Assembly (NCBI GenBank): GCA_964491735.1
Contig: CAZBHG010000001.1
Span: forward strand, 1 to 54,424
Direction of reading: 5' to 3'
DNA length: 54,424 nucleotides
DNA from: an uncultured Eubacteriales bacterium
GTDB taxonomy: Bacteria > Bacillota > Clostridia > Oscillospirales > Acutalibacteraceae
Part shown: positions 45,625 to 54,424 of the stretch, one piece after another
Numbering within the stretch: the stretch's first letter is position 1
How the letters are laid out: every line of letters begins with the position of its first letter
Made by a program: the position numbers and the translations under genes
Notes under the pieces: model-generated
Databases searched by the model: none
Told to the model about the DNA's origin: nothing
Seen by the model: the letters and a program-made list of their open reading frames with translations, nothing else

Positions 45625-46039
45625 AAGGATTAAAATCATGCTTGGGGTTTTGTGCGCACAGCTTGAATACAGTCAGGCGCCGGTCTGTTCTCTGCTTGAA
45701 AATCTGTGCGCGAGAAGCGAGCTTGCAAAACTGGGCTTTCTTGATGACTGCCGTTCAAAGCTCGAAACAGGCGAACCATTTCCAACAGCCTGGAATTTGA
45801 GCGTGGAGAACGCAACCGGTTTGAAACACCTGAAAAATGATGATATTGACTTATTACTGCCGCTTGGCGAGATTATCGGTGCTGCCAATGCCGACAGTCA
45901 GATAAACAGCCTTAAACTGCATCAAATATTGCTAAACGCCGGTCTTGAAAGCGCCCGGCAGGAAAACGAAAAATACGGCAGAGCCTGCTCGTCCATCGGA
46001 GTGCTCGCAGGCATCGCAGCAGGTATAGTTTTGATATAA
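45530..46039 (+). CDS. spoIIIAB: Stage III sporulation protein AB
   Basis: The call rests on position, size (~170 aa), an N-terminal and a C-terminal TM segment, and the LEYSQAPV-type core. Confidence 0.8.
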   Translation: MKSAGILFVVLAVSLMGQYLRHGMGQRVKELERIKIMLGVLCAQLEYSQAPVCSLLENLCARSELAKLGFLDDCRSKLETGEPFPTAWNLSVENATGLKHLKNDDIDLLLPLGEIIGAANADSQINSLKLHQILLNAGLESARQENEKYGRACSSIGVLAGIAAGIVLI

Positions 46040-46042
46040 AGG

Positions 46043-46249
46043 ATGGCGATAGGTTTGGATATGGAATTGATTATTAAAATAGCAGCCGTCGGTATTGTTG
46101 TTGCCGTAATTAATACAATTCTGACCAAAGCGGGCAGAGATGATTATGCAATGCTTACAACACTGTCAGGCATTATTGTTGTTGTTATGATGATTATTCC
46201 TGAACTGTCAGCACTTTTGTCTGAGCTGAAATCGGTATTTGACCTATGA
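46043..46249 (+). CDS. spoIIIAC: Stage III sporulation protein AC
   Basis: 68 aa with two TM segments. IKIAAVGIVVAVINTILTKAGRDDYA resembles B. subtilis SpoIIIAC. Confidence 0.85.
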   Translation: MAIGLDMELIIKIAAVGIVVAVINTILTKAGRDDYAMLTTLSGIIVVVMMIIPELSALLSELKSVFDL

Positions 46250-46635
46250 CAATATATCAGATTTTCGCTATTACGATATTGGCAGCTGTTATGGCATTTA
46301 TTGTTAAACAGGCAAAGCCCGAATACGCCCTTTTTGTTCAGCTTGGCGGTGTGGTTATTGTTTTATTGTTTGCCCTATCCTTTTTTTCAGATATTGCCCA
46401 GACGGCAATTGATATGGTTGAATTCACAGGAATAAGCAGCAGCTTTTTTAAACTATTAATCAAAGCGCTCGGAATATCCATAACAGCGGAGCTGGCAGCC
46501 GAAATTTGCAGGGACAGCGACTCGAAATCACTTGCGGCTAACATTGAGCTTGCGGCAAAGCTGATTATTCTTTCCATGTCGCTACCGATGATAAAAGAGG
46601 TTGCAGAGCTTGCCGTTGGACTGATTAACGGATGA
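46246..46635 (+). CDS. spoIIIAD: Stage III sporulation protein AD
   Basis: 129-aa membrane protein. IELAAKLIILSMSLPMI resembles the SpoIIIAD C-terminus. An ATGA overlap links it to spoIIIAC. Confidence 0.85.
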   Translation: MTIYQIFAITILAAVMAFIVKQAKPEYALFVQLGGVVIVLLFALSFFSDIAQTAIDMVEFTGISSSFFKLLIKALGISITAELAAEICRDSDSKSLAANIELAAKLIILSMSLPMIKEVAELAVGLING

Positions 46636-46636
46636 G

Positions 46637-47782
46637 ATGAAAATGAAAGTATTAAAAACATTGGTCGTCATTCTAACATTTATCTGTCTGTTTTCAACCT
46701 GTGCATATGCGGTTGGAGATAATGAGGCGACGCAAATTTATGATGAACAGCTTGAAGAAAGCGGAGCGGATGAAGTCAAGGATTCTCTCTCGCAGGAGAC
46801 TCAGGAAATGCTTGAGGAACTGGGAATAGATGATATAGATTTTTACTCTCTCTTCGAAACTTCGCCGAGAAAAATCATTGACCTTCTGATAAATATAATC
46901 AAAGGTCATATAAACAGCCCTCTTAATTCCATGGCAAAGATTATGGGTGTGCTTGTGCTTATGGCTCTTGCAAACAGCTTCACACCTGAAGGAGAGAAGG
47001 TGAAGCTTGCCGTCAACATAATCTGCACCTGCTTTGTGCTGCTTATAATTATATCGCCTTTGTCGTCTGCAATTTCAGGCGCAGTGTCAAGCGCGTCAGC
47101 TTTAAGTACCTTTATGCTGGTGTTGATTCCTGTGCTTGCCGGTGTCATCACTGCTTCGGGCAATCCGCTTCTGGCAGTCAGTTTCAATTCCATTGCATTT
47201 ATGAGCGCTCAGGGGATTTCACAGATAATAAAAAACATTGTTGTTCCTTGCTCCGGTATTGTAATGGCTATGGGTTCAATAAGTGCATTCACACCGGATT
47301 TTAAGCTTGAAGAAATTGCCGATTTAGTTAAAAAGGTTGTAATTGGCGCTTTTTCAGCCCTTGTTGCACTGTTTTCCGCTTTTTTAACAATAAAGGGAGT
47401 TATGGCGAACGCCGCCGATACGGTTACGGCAAAGGCGATAAAGCTTGCCGTCAGCAGTGCAATACCTGTTGTCGGTTCAGCACTCGCGGACTCATACAGC
47501 TCGATTATCGGCAGTTTATCTCTTGTTAAAAGCGCAGTAGGGGTTTTTGGGATAGTTTGTGTTCTTCTTATGACGGCTCCGATAATAATTGAGCTTACAA
47601 TGTGGAGCCTTGGTTTTAAAATAATGAGCGCATGCTCAAAAATGCTCGGTATCGACGGAATCGACTGTTTATTTAAAGCAATTGGCTCAGGTGTAACGCT
47701 TCTCAATATCTGCCTTATATTTAACATGTTCCTGATGACGATTACTCTTGGGATTACTCTTGCCATGAGGGCAGGAATTTAA
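46637..47782 (+). CDS. spoIIIAE: Stage III sporulation protein AE
   Basis: 381 aa with a signal peptide followed by a polytopic membrane domain. It occupies the fifth position in the operon. Confidence 0.85.
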   Translation: MKMKVLKTLVVILTFICLFSTCAYAVGDNEATQIYDEQLEESGADEVKDSLSQETQEMLEELGIDDIDFYSLFETSPRKIIDLLINIIKGHINSPLNSMAKIMGVLVLMALANSFTPEGEKVKLAVNIICTCFVLLIIISPLSSAISGAVSSASALSTFMLVLIPVLAGVITASGNPLLAVSFNSIAFMSAQGISQIIKNIVVPCSGIVMAMGSISAFTPDFKLEEIADLVKKVVIGAFSALVALFSAFLTIKGVMANAADTVTAKAIKLAVSSAIPVVGSALADSYSSIIGSLSLVKSAVGVFGIVCVLLMTAPIIIELTMWSLGFKIMSACSKMLGIDGIDCLFKAIGSGVTLLNICLIFNMFLMTITLGITLAMRAGI

Positions 47783-47802
47783 TAAATATCTCGGAGGTCA
47801 AA

Positions 47803-48291
47803 ATGGATGATATTAAGAAATGGGCGTTGTGTGTAACGCTTTGTGCATTCGCAGGTGCAGTAGTTTACATACTTGCGCCAAAAGGAGTTCTTGAGAAACC
47901 GATGAGGACGGTCGTTTCTCTTTTTATTATTGCCGCTATCTTTTCACCGTTCCTGAACGGGGAGGGTATTGATCTGAACTTGCTCTCAACGATTGACAGC
48001 ATTGATACGCAACAAAAAACAGATATAGAGGAATTGATTGACGAGCAGGTGGAAAAGAGCGTTGCAGATGTCGCCAAGGCTGAGATTGAAGCCGTACTGA
48101 AAGAAAATAATATCAAAGATGGACAAATATCAATAATTACGGATATTAGCGATGACGGCAGCATAATTATTAAAGAGGCTGGGGTAACAGTCGGCAGTAA
48201 ATATAAATCAATTCAAAATGACTTGTCAAAAGACCTGAAAGAAAGACTGGGTTTAGACATAGAAGTATCAATTAAAGGTGCAGGTGATTAA
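47803..48291 (+). CDS. spoIIIAF: Stage III sporulation protein AF
   Basis: 162 aa with two N-terminal TM segments and a soluble ring-building-motif-like domain. The call is mainly positional. Confidence 0.7.
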   Translation: MDDIKKWALCVTLCAFAGAVVYILAPKGVLEKPMRTVVSLFIIAAIFSPFLNGEGIDLNLLSTIDSIDTQQKTDIEELIDEQVEKSVADVAKAEIEAVLKENNIKDGQISIITDISDDGSIIIKEAGVTVGSKYKSIQNDLSKDLKERLGLDIEVSIKGAGD

Positions 48292-48906
48292 ATGAAGGTT
48301 ATTAAGGATGCATTTGCAGCTATAACAAAAAAGTTTAAGGCAGATAAAAAGCTCCTGTGTATATTGCTGGTGGGTATTGCGGGGATGTTTTTAATTTTGT
48401 TTGCCGACTTTGGCGGCAGCGATGACACATCAGAAACAGAGAAAGAACAGACAACGCAGACCCAGACACAGACGGAAAGCCGGGATGAATATACATATGT
48501 TGAGGACGTTGAAAAAAGGTTAAGTAAGCTCATAAGCTCAATCGATGGGGCGGGCAAAACAAAGGTCATGGTGACCCTTGAAAACGGTGTTGAGCAGATT
48601 TATGCCACACAGGATAAAACCCAAAGCAGTTCATCCTCTTCAATCGACAGCGGCGGTCAAAATGTTGAGGAAAGCTTCAACAAAGAGGATGAGTATATTA
48701 TAATTAAAAGCAGTGACGACAGTGAAACCGGGCTGATATTGAAAATTGTTCAGCCAAGTATCAGAGGCGTTGCAATTGTTTGCGAGGGGGCGGATTCAAC
48801 GGTTGTCAAGAAGAACATTGTTGAAGCTGTTACAGCGGTAACAGGCATAAGTTCAGCTAAGGTCAGCATAGCAAAAATGGCAGACAATCAGAACACGGAG
48901 GATTGA
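48292..48906 (+). CDS. spoIIIAG: Stage III sporulation protein AG
   Basis: It has an N-terminal TM segment, a TQ/S-rich linker, and the C-terminal IRGVAIVCEGA motif. Confidence 0.75.
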   Translation: MKVIKDAFAAITKKFKADKKLLCILLVGIAGMFLILFADFGGSDDTSETEKEQTTQTQTQTESRDEYTYVEDVEKRLSKLISSIDGAGKTKVMVTLENGVEQIYATQDKTQSSSSSSIDSGGQNVEESFNKEDEYIIIKSSDDSETGLILKIVQPSIRGVAIVCEGADSTVVKKNIVEAVTAVTGISSAKVSIAKMADNQNTED

Positions 48907-48908
48907 TT

Positions 48909-49475
48909 ATGATTATTAAAAAAAGACAGCTGGTTATGGCAACTCTCATTTTGGCGCTTAGTGCTGCGGTTTTCATCAACTGGTATTACACGCGTCCGGT
49001 TGTGGAGTCTGCCGGTAATGACATTGACGTGACAGACATCACGAGCACCACCGGCGCTTCTTTGGATGCAGAAGGCAATCTGGGCGATGCTGAATATGTC
49101 AACTCAGATTCAGCTGCGTCAAAAGAGGAATATTTTGCAAATTCAGAGCTAAAAAGAAGCGAGGCGCATGATAAAGCATTGGATGCTCTTGAGGATGTCA
49201 TTGAAGACAGTAAATCCGATGATGCGGCAGTTAAAAAGGCTTCTGCACAATTGGATGAGCTTACAAATGCAATTAAGCTTGAGGCGGATATTGAAGCTTT
49301 AATACTTGCAAAAACCGGTCTTGACAGCGTCGTTTTGATAAACGGCAAAAAATGCGAAACTGTTGTCGAGAACGGAGATCTTGACGGCACAGGTGTTTTG
49401 AAAATAAAAGAGCTTGTGACAGCGCAGACCGGTTTTTCGGTTGAAAATATAACAATTATTGAATTAAGTAGTTGA
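48909..49475 (+). CDS. spoIIIAH: Stage III sporulation protein AH
   Basis: It has an N-terminal TM segment, coiled acidic and Ala-rich regions, and a YscJ/FliF-like C-terminus. It is the last gene of the operon. The ATG lies 7 nt after GGAGG. Confidence 0.75.
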   Translation: MIIKKRQLVMATLILALSAAVFINWYYTRPVVESAGNDIDVTDITSTTGASLDAEGNLGDAEYVNSDSAASKEEYFANSELKRSEAHDKALDALEDVIEDSKSDDAAVKKASAQLDELTNAIKLEADIEALILAKTGLDSVVLINGKKCETVVENGDLDGTGVLKIKELVTAQTGFSVENITIIELSS

Positions 49476-49499
49476 GTATTTAAAAGTTTGTGGTATAAT
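49472..49499 (+). promoter_or_regulatory. Sigma-A-type promoter with an extended -10, upstream of asp23-nusB
   Basis: TTGAGT lies at 49472-49477, followed by a 16-nt spacer ending in TGg, then TATAAT at 49494-49499. Confidence 0.45.
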
Positions 49500-49521
49500 A
49501 TAGGGCAAGGAGGTTTGCCCT

Positions 49522-49890
49522 ATGGATGAAAACTTGAGGAATGAGAATTCCGGCGACCTTGTAATATCAGAAAATGTTATTGCTTCCATTGCATTAAATG
49601 CGGCAAAGGATGTTGACGGAGTAAGCGGTTTTGCGGCAAGACCTGCCGATGTGCATACAATTTTGAATTTGGGTGATGAATCGCTCAAATCTGTGCGTGT
49701 GTGGACAGGTGAGAATGATATTAAGCTTCAAATATTCATTAATATCATGAGCGGGAAGAAAATCCCTACAGTTGCCGGAGAGGTGCAGAGAGCCGTCAAA
49801 AATGCCGTTCAAAGCATGACAGGCAAAATTGTAACTAAAGTAAATGTCAGCATTGCAGCAATTGAGTTTGCAGAGCAGATAAAAAACTGA
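49522..49890 (+). CDS. Asp23/Gls24-family envelope stress protein
   Basis: ISENVIASIALNAAKDVDGV is present. The position before nusB matches Bacillus yqhY. Confidence 0.85.
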   Translation: MDENLRNENSGDLVISENVIASIALNAAKDVDGVSGFAARPADVHTILNLGDESLKSVRVWTGENDIKLQIFINIMSGKKIPTVAGEVQRAVKNAVQSMTGKIVTKVNVSIAAIEFAEQIKN

Positions 49891-49975
49891 TTTTCAGCCC
49901 TCCGCAGGCAGTGGGGGGCAAATTGCTGTTTTATAATAATAATAGATTTGCAGGCACTGTGAAAGGACGAAACTT

Positions 49976-50404
49976 ATGACAAGAAGGCAGGCGAGGGAAC
50001 AAGCCTTTGCTCTTTTATTTGAAAAATCATTTAACGATGAGGTTGGGATGCAGGAAATTATCAATCTTGCTCAGGAAGAAAGGCTTTTAAAAGTTGACAG
50101 CTTTTCGAGCAGTCTTGCGCTTAACGCATGCAATAATATTGAAGAGATTGACGGGCTGATTGAAAACAACTCAATCGGTTGGAAAAAGAGCAGAATTTCA
50201 AAGGTTACGCTCGCAATTCTTCGCCTCGCAATTTACGAGCTTATTTTTTGCGAGGATATCCCTGTGAGTGTGTCTATAAATGAGGCTGTTGAGCTTTGTA
50301 AAATTTATGCCGATGAAACGGATGCTTCTTTTGTAAACGGAATTCTTGGAGCTGTTTCAAGAACTGCCGATATAAAGAAGAACATACTGACTGAGAGTGA
50401 ATGA
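49976..50404 (+). CDS. nusB: Transcription antitermination factor NusB
   Basis: MTRRQAREQAFALLFE, LAILRLAIYEL and FVNGILG are present. Confidence 0.9.
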   Translation: MTRRQAREQAFALLFEKSFNDEVGMQEIINLAQEERLLKVDSFSSSLALNACNNIEEIDGLIENNSIGWKKSRISKVTLAILRLAIYELIFCEDIPVSVSINEAVELCKIYADETDASFVNGILGAVSRTADIKKNILTESE

Positions 50405-50405
50405 A

Positions 50406-51344
50406 ATGGGTGCTTATCTCGGAATTGATACAAGCAACTATACCACCTCGGTCGCTGTTTTTGACAGCTTTAGCAATACGGTAATACAGCGGAAAAAGCT
50501 CCTCCCCGTTAAAGAAGGCGAGCTTGGGCTCCGCCAGAGTGATGCTGTTTTTCACCATACCGTCAGGCTTCCGGAGCTTATGGAGTCACTATTTGAAGAA
50601 AGTGATATTGATATTTCGTCTGTAGGAGTTTCAGGCACTCCCAGAGACGCAGAAGGCTCTTATATGCCGTGTTTCCTTGTTGGCGTTAATTCCGCACGCT
50701 GCATATGCGCCTCATTTTGCAAACCTCTTCACATATTTTCCCATCAGGCAGGTCACGTTGCGGCGGCTCTTTTTTCCTCGGGCAGGCTTGACCTCATTGA
50801 AAAGGAATTTATTGCTTTTCATGTTTCCGGCGGGACGACTGAGGCTCTCTTGGTTTCTACATCGAATGAAAAAGTATTTGATATTAAGCCTGTTGCTTCT
50901 TCTCTTGACCTAAAAGCCGGACAAGCGGTTGACAGGGTCGGAGTTATGCTTGGTCTTCCGTTTCCGGCAGGTCAGGGTGTTGACAGGCTCGCACGGGAAA
51001 GCGGCAGGGTTTATAAAATATCCCCGTCGCTCAAGGACGGAGATTGCAGCCTTTCCGGAGTTGAAAATAAATGCCGTGCGATGTATTCCTCCGGTGAAAG
51101 CAAGGAGGATATCTGCCGCTATTGTATTGATTATATTATGGAATCGTTAAGAAAAATGGTTGTTTATTTATTGCAGAAGTACGGCGGGCTTCCTCTCGTG
51201 TTTTCCGGCGGTGTCATGTCTAATTCAATTATCAGAGAGAGCTTTGAAAATGAATTCGGCGCAGTTTTTGCCGAGCCCGTTTTTTCTTCCGATAATGCTG
51301 CGGGAACGGCAATTCTTGCAAGTATAAAGGAGAGCAGAAAATGA
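50406..51344 (+). CDS. Kae1/TsaD-like (peptidase M22 / ASKHA-fold) protein, a short paralogue of unknown role
   Basis: YLGIDTSNYTTSVAVF is present. The metal-binding pair HQAGH (HxxxH), FSGGVMSN and SSDNAAG parallel TsaD motifs. The start is ATG 50406 or GTG 50397. Confidence 0.7.
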   Translation: MGAYLGIDTSNYTTSVAVFDSFSNTVIQRKKLLPVKEGELGLRQSDAVFHHTVRLPELMESLFEESDIDISSVGVSGTPRDAEGSYMPCFLVGVNSARCICASFCKPLHIFSHQAGHVAAALFSSGRLDLIEKEFIAFHVSGGTTEALLVSTSNEKVFDIKPVASSLDLKAGQAVDRVGVMLGLPFPAGQGVDRLARESGRVYKISPSLKDGDCSLSGVENKCRAMYSSGESKEDICRYCIDYIMESLRKMVVYLLQKYGGLPLVFSGGVMSNSIIRESFENEFGAVFAEPVFSSDNAAGTAILASIKESRK

Positions 51345-52543
51345 ATTCTCCCGTTATTACCGTTTCGCAGCTTAACTCTTATATTAAATCAGTAATTGAC
51401 GGTGACGGAATTCTCAGCAGTATTTATATTTGCGGAGAAATATCAAACTTCACCAACCATTACAGAACCGGGCATTTTTATATGGTCTTAAAGGACGCAA
51501 ACGCATCTATTAAGGCTGTCATGTTTAGGTCAAGCGCGCTTCGCCTTCGCTTTATGCCTGAAAACGGTATGATGGTTATTGTAAAAGGGCATATTTCTGT
51601 TTATGAGAGAGACGGTCAATATCAGCTGTATATTGACGATATGCAGCCCGACGGTGCGGGTGCTTTGAGCGTTGCCTATGAACAATTAAAAAACAAGCTT
51701 GCCTCCCAAGGGCTTTTTGATGACAAATATAAGAAGGCAATACCCGTTTGCCCCGAACGTGTCGGCGTAATAACCTCGCCGACAGGCGCCGCAATTCAGG
51801 ATATTCTTAATGTTTTAGGCAGACGTTTTCCATTAGCAAAGGTCGTTTTCTGCCCTGTTGAAGTTCAGGGAGTAAATGCCGCTCCTCAGATTGTCAATGC
51901 GATTGAAAGATATAATGCGGGGAATTATGCCGACGTGCTGATAGTGGGCAGGGGCGGGGGGTCAATTGAAGACCTCTGGGCTTTTAACGAAGAAAAGGTT
52001 GCGAGGGCTGTTTTTGCTTGCGAAATCCCCATTATTTCCGCTGTAGGGCATGAGACTGATTTCACAATCTGTGATTTTGTTTCGGATTTAAGGGCACCGA
52101 CTCCTTCCGTTGCCGCCGAGCTTGCTGTTCCGAATTGGGTTGAATATAAAGAACGTATTTACTTCCTTAAATCCTGCCTTATTAATGAATTAAGCGGCAG
52201 CATCGAAAAAAAGCGGCAGTATGTTTTTAATCTGATGCATTCGCCGTTTTTTGCAAGCCCGCTTTACTATATAGACGTTAAGAGGCAGACCGTTGACAGC
52301 TTTGTTGGGAGATTATCGGGGTGTATGCAAAGTGATATATCGAATAAAAGGGCGGCGTTTTCGGTTTTGTGCGGAAAGCTTGATGCTTTAAGTCCCTTAA
52401 AAGTTCTTGGCAGAGGGTATTCCCTGACATTTAAAAATAAAAAACCGATAAGCAATATAAACGACGTCGAAATCGGAGACGAAGTCAGTGTAAGGTTTTC
52501 AAACGGAGCTGTGAACTGCTCAATCATTTCGAAAGCAGAGTGA
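51341..52543 (+). CDS. xseA: Exodeoxyribonuclease VII large subunit
   Basis: The OB-fold N-terminus reads ISNFTNHYRTGHFYMVLKD. VGVITSPTGAAIQD, GRGGGSIEDLWAFN and GHETDFT are present. Confidence 0.9.
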   Translation: MNSPVITVSQLNSYIKSVIDGDGILSSIYICGEISNFTNHYRTGHFYMVLKDANASIKAVMFRSSALRLRFMPENGMMVIVKGHISVYERDGQYQLYIDDMQPDGAGALSVAYEQLKNKLASQGLFDDKYKKAIPVCPERVGVITSPTGAAIQDILNVLGRRFPLAKVVFCPVEVQGVNAAPQIVNAIERYNAGNYADVLIVGRGGGSIEDLWAFNEEKVARAVFACEIPIISAVGHETDFTICDFVSDLRAPTPSVAAELAVPNWVEYKERIYFLKSCLINELSGSIEKKRQYVFNLMHSPFFASPLYYIDVKRQTVDSFVGRLSGCMQSDISNKRAAFSVLCGKLDALSPLKVLGRGYSLTFKNKKPISNINDVEIGDEVSVRFSNGAVNCSIISKAE

Positions 52544-52758
52544 TATTATTGAAAAAGCCGACATTCGAACAATCATCGGCAAGGCTTGAAGAGATAGTTA
52601 AGATATTAGAGGACGGAAATATCCCGATTGACGAATCTCTTAAACTCTTTGAAGAGGGGACAAAGCTTGCCGAATTCTGCAATTTATGTCTTGACAACGC
52701 TCAGCAGAAAATTATTGAGCTGACCGAGCTTGAAGCGGAGGCTGAAAATGCAGAGTAG
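52540..52758 (+). CDS. xseB: Exodeoxyribonuclease VII small subunit
   Basis: FEQSSARLEEIVKILEDGNIPIDESLKLFEEG is present. A GTGA overlap links it to xseA. The alternative start is TTG 52549. Confidence 0.85.
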   Translation: MILLKKPTFEQSSARLEEIVKILEDGNIPIDESLKLFEEGTKLAEFCNLCLDNAQQKIIELTELEAEAENAE

Positions 52759-53617
52759 CTATATGGATGAACAGCAGGCCTTAATTAACAGAGCGTTGGC
52801 TGAACGACTGCCTGATGATTGCGGTATTGTCGGTAAGGCTATGAAATACAGTGTTGAAAACGGCGGCAAGCGCATAAGACCTATTCTTACCCTTGAGTTC
52901 TGCAAAATCTGCGGCGGTGAAATAAAAAATGCTGTTGACTTTGCATGTGCAGTTGAAATGATTCACACATATTCACTTATCCATGACGATTTGCCATGTA
53001 TGGATGACGATTATATGCGTCGCGGCAAGCCCTCATGCCACATCAGGTTCGGTGAGGAGTTTGCTCTGCTTGCAGGCGACGCGCTCCTGACGCTGGCTTT
53101 TAAAACAGTTATGTTGTGCGATGAAGTCAGTGCTGAAAACAGGGTCAAAGCCTGCAAGGTGCTGTCTGATGCGGCAGGATGCTACGGTATGGTTGGCGGT
53201 CAGATGCTTGACTTGCAGAATGAAGGCAAAAAAGCTGATATTAATACCCTCAAAAAGACCGATGAGCTAAAAACAGGGGCAATGATTGAGGTCTCCGCCG
53301 TTCTGGGCTGCATTGCCGCAAATGCGGATGAAAACCGAATAGAAGCCGCAAGGGAGTACTCAAAAAATATCGGATTGGCATTTCAGATTGTAGATGATAT
53401 ACTTGACATGACAAGCGATGAAAAGACGCTTGGCAAACCGATTGGCAGCGACGAAGAAAACGACAAATGCACATATGTATCTCTGCTCGGTCTTGAAAGA
53501 GCAAAACAGTTGGCGGATGAGCTGACATTGAGAGCAAAATCCTCTCTGAATATTTTTAATGATGAAGCGGATTTTCTCAAAGAGCTTGCTGATAATCTTG
53601 CAAAACGCAGGAGTTGA
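52748..53617 (+). CDS. ispA: Polyprenyl (farnesyl/geranylgeranyl) diphosphate synthase
   Basis: The first Asp-rich motif is LIHDDLPCMDDDYMRRG and the second is QIVDDILD. Confidence 0.85.
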   Translation: MQSSYMDEQQALINRALAERLPDDCGIVGKAMKYSVENGGKRIRPILTLEFCKICGGEIKNAVDFACAVEMIHTYSLIHDDLPCMDDDYMRRGKPSCHIRFGEEFALLAGDALLTLAFKTVMLCDEVSAENRVKACKVLSDAAGCYGMVGGQMLDLQNEGKKADINTLKKTDELKTGAMIEVSAVLGCIAANADENRIEAAREYSKNIGLAFQIVDDILDMTSDEKTLGKPIGSDEENDKCTYVSLLGLERAKQLADELTLRAKSSLNIFNDEADFLKELADNLAKRRS

Positions 53618-53630
53618 ATTTTAATACTAA

Positions 53631-54424
53631 ATGGAAAACATAATTAATAGAAATGTAAAAATCCTAAATAAAATCAATTCACCAGATGATGTTAAAAAGC
53701 TTAATGGCGAAGAAATGGGAATTTTAGCTCAGGACATCAGAAATGTATTGATTAGCACAGTGTCGAAAAACGGAGGCCATCTTGCATCCAATCTCGGTGT
53801 GGTTGAGCTTACCATCGCTCTGCATAAGGTTTTTGATTCGCCTAAGGATCAGATTGTTTTTGATGTAGGTCATCAGATGTATACTCACAAGCTCCTGACA
53901 GGCCGATATAAGGACTTCGGGACTTTGAGGACAGAGGGCGGCATATCTGGCTTTTCAAGGCCAAGTGAAAGCGAACATGATATTTTTTTCAGCGGGCATT
54001 CCAGCACCGCTGTTTCATCTGCGCTGGGCCTCGCCGCTGCAAATGCAATGGATAAAAGGAATGACCATGTTATTGCAGTTGTCGGCGACGGAGCTTTGAC
54101 TGGCGGTCTTGTATATGAAGGGCTGAATAATGCGGGCAGGACAAAAAGAAAGCTCATTGTTATTCTCAATGACAATGAAATGTCAATTTCAAAAAATGTC
54201 GGTTCAATTGCCCGTTACCTTGCAATTGCCAGAGCAAGACCCGAATATATGAAAACCAAGGCAAGAATCGAAACTTTGCTGAGGCATATTCCCTTGATAG
54301 GCAACAGCCTTGCAAAATTGATATATAATATAACACATGCTTTGAAGGGCATTATTTATTCAAACACTACAATTTTTGAAGATTTGGGTTTAGATAGTTT
54401 AGATATTGTTGATTTAGTTGTTGC
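53631..54424 (+). CDS. dxs: 1-deoxy-D-xylulose-5-phosphate synthase, N-terminal part (runs off the window). The last ~12 codons are atypical.
   Basis: Manual translation gives GGHLASNLGVVELTIALH, DVGHQMYTHKLLTG, SGHSSTAVSSALG and GDGALTGGLVYEGLNNAG. There is no stop inside the window. Confidence 0.85.
   Translation, partial: MENIINRNVKILNKINSPDDVKKLNGEEMGILAQDIRNVLISTVSKNGGHLASNLGVVELTIALHKVFDSPKDQIVFDVGHQMYTHKLLTGRYKDFGTLRTEGGISGFSRPSESEHDIFFSGHSSTAVSSALGLAAANAMDKRNDHVIAVVGDGALTGGLVYEGLNNAGRTKRKLIVILNDNEMSISKNVGSIARYLAIARARPEYMKTKARIETLLRHIPLIGNSLAKLIYNITHALKGIIYSNTTIFEDLGLDSLDIVDLVV

Noticed and set aside
49897-49933. Hairpin GCCCTCC-N9-GGGGGGC after asp23, considered as a terminator
   Set aside because: The stem is only 7 bp including a G-U pair, and no U-tract follows directly (AAATTGCTGTTTT). 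nusB lies 55 nt downstream and is probably co-transcribed. Support is too weak to list it as a feature.
1-54424. Mobile elements, prophage, defence islands, CRISPR, tRNA or rRNA
   Set aside because: No transposase, integrase, recombinase, Cas, restriction-modification or toxin-antitoxin signatures appeared in any listed frame. No long inverted or direct repeats flank a gene block. No intergenic region is large or structured enough to hold a tRNA or rRNA. Gene order matches conserved Firmicute housekeeping synteny.

Overview
This 54.4-kb window is a densely coding core-chromosome segment from a low-GC, endospore-forming Firmicute, probably a member of the Clostridia. About 60 genes lie on the + strand. 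Only a truncated trpB-like gene at the left edge and a yfhO-family gene lie on the - strand.

Most content is housekeeping, arranged in blocks syntenic with Bacillus and Clostridium:
- alaS
- comEC-holA
- ispF
- cdaA-cdaR
- an OmpR/HK two-component pair
- DUF1385-prmC
- scpA-scpB, ytfI/ytfJ-like genes, dacB and rluB
- yicC-remA-gmk-rpoZ
- priA-def-fmt-(YugP-like)-rsmB-rlmN-stp-prkC-rsgA
- a spoVM-like mini-gene
- the full spoIIIAA-AH operon
- asp23-nusB-(Kae1-like)-xseA-xseB-ispA-dxs

I recognised no rRNA, tRNA, CRISPR array, transposase, integrase, phage or defence genes, and I see no clear novel multi-gene accessory system.

The least-explained loci are:
1. A translationally coupled DUF5685-like protein and an HPD-less J-like protein with a poly-Cys tail.
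2. A transporter-less cluster of a GH109-like oxidoreductase, a BadF-type kinase and a GH4 enzyme.
3. A lipoprotein with repeated DxDxD motifs between cdaR and the two-component system.
4. A Cys-rich mini membrane protein and an unlisted 28-codon spoVM-like ORF.
5. A TsaD/Kae1-like paralogue wedged between nusB and xseA.
6. An abrupt switch of the dxs reading frame into an acyl-carrier-protein-like DSLD motif in the last ~35 nt, which may be a chimeric join or assembly artefact.

All calls come from reading the sequence and recalling family motifs. No database search was run.
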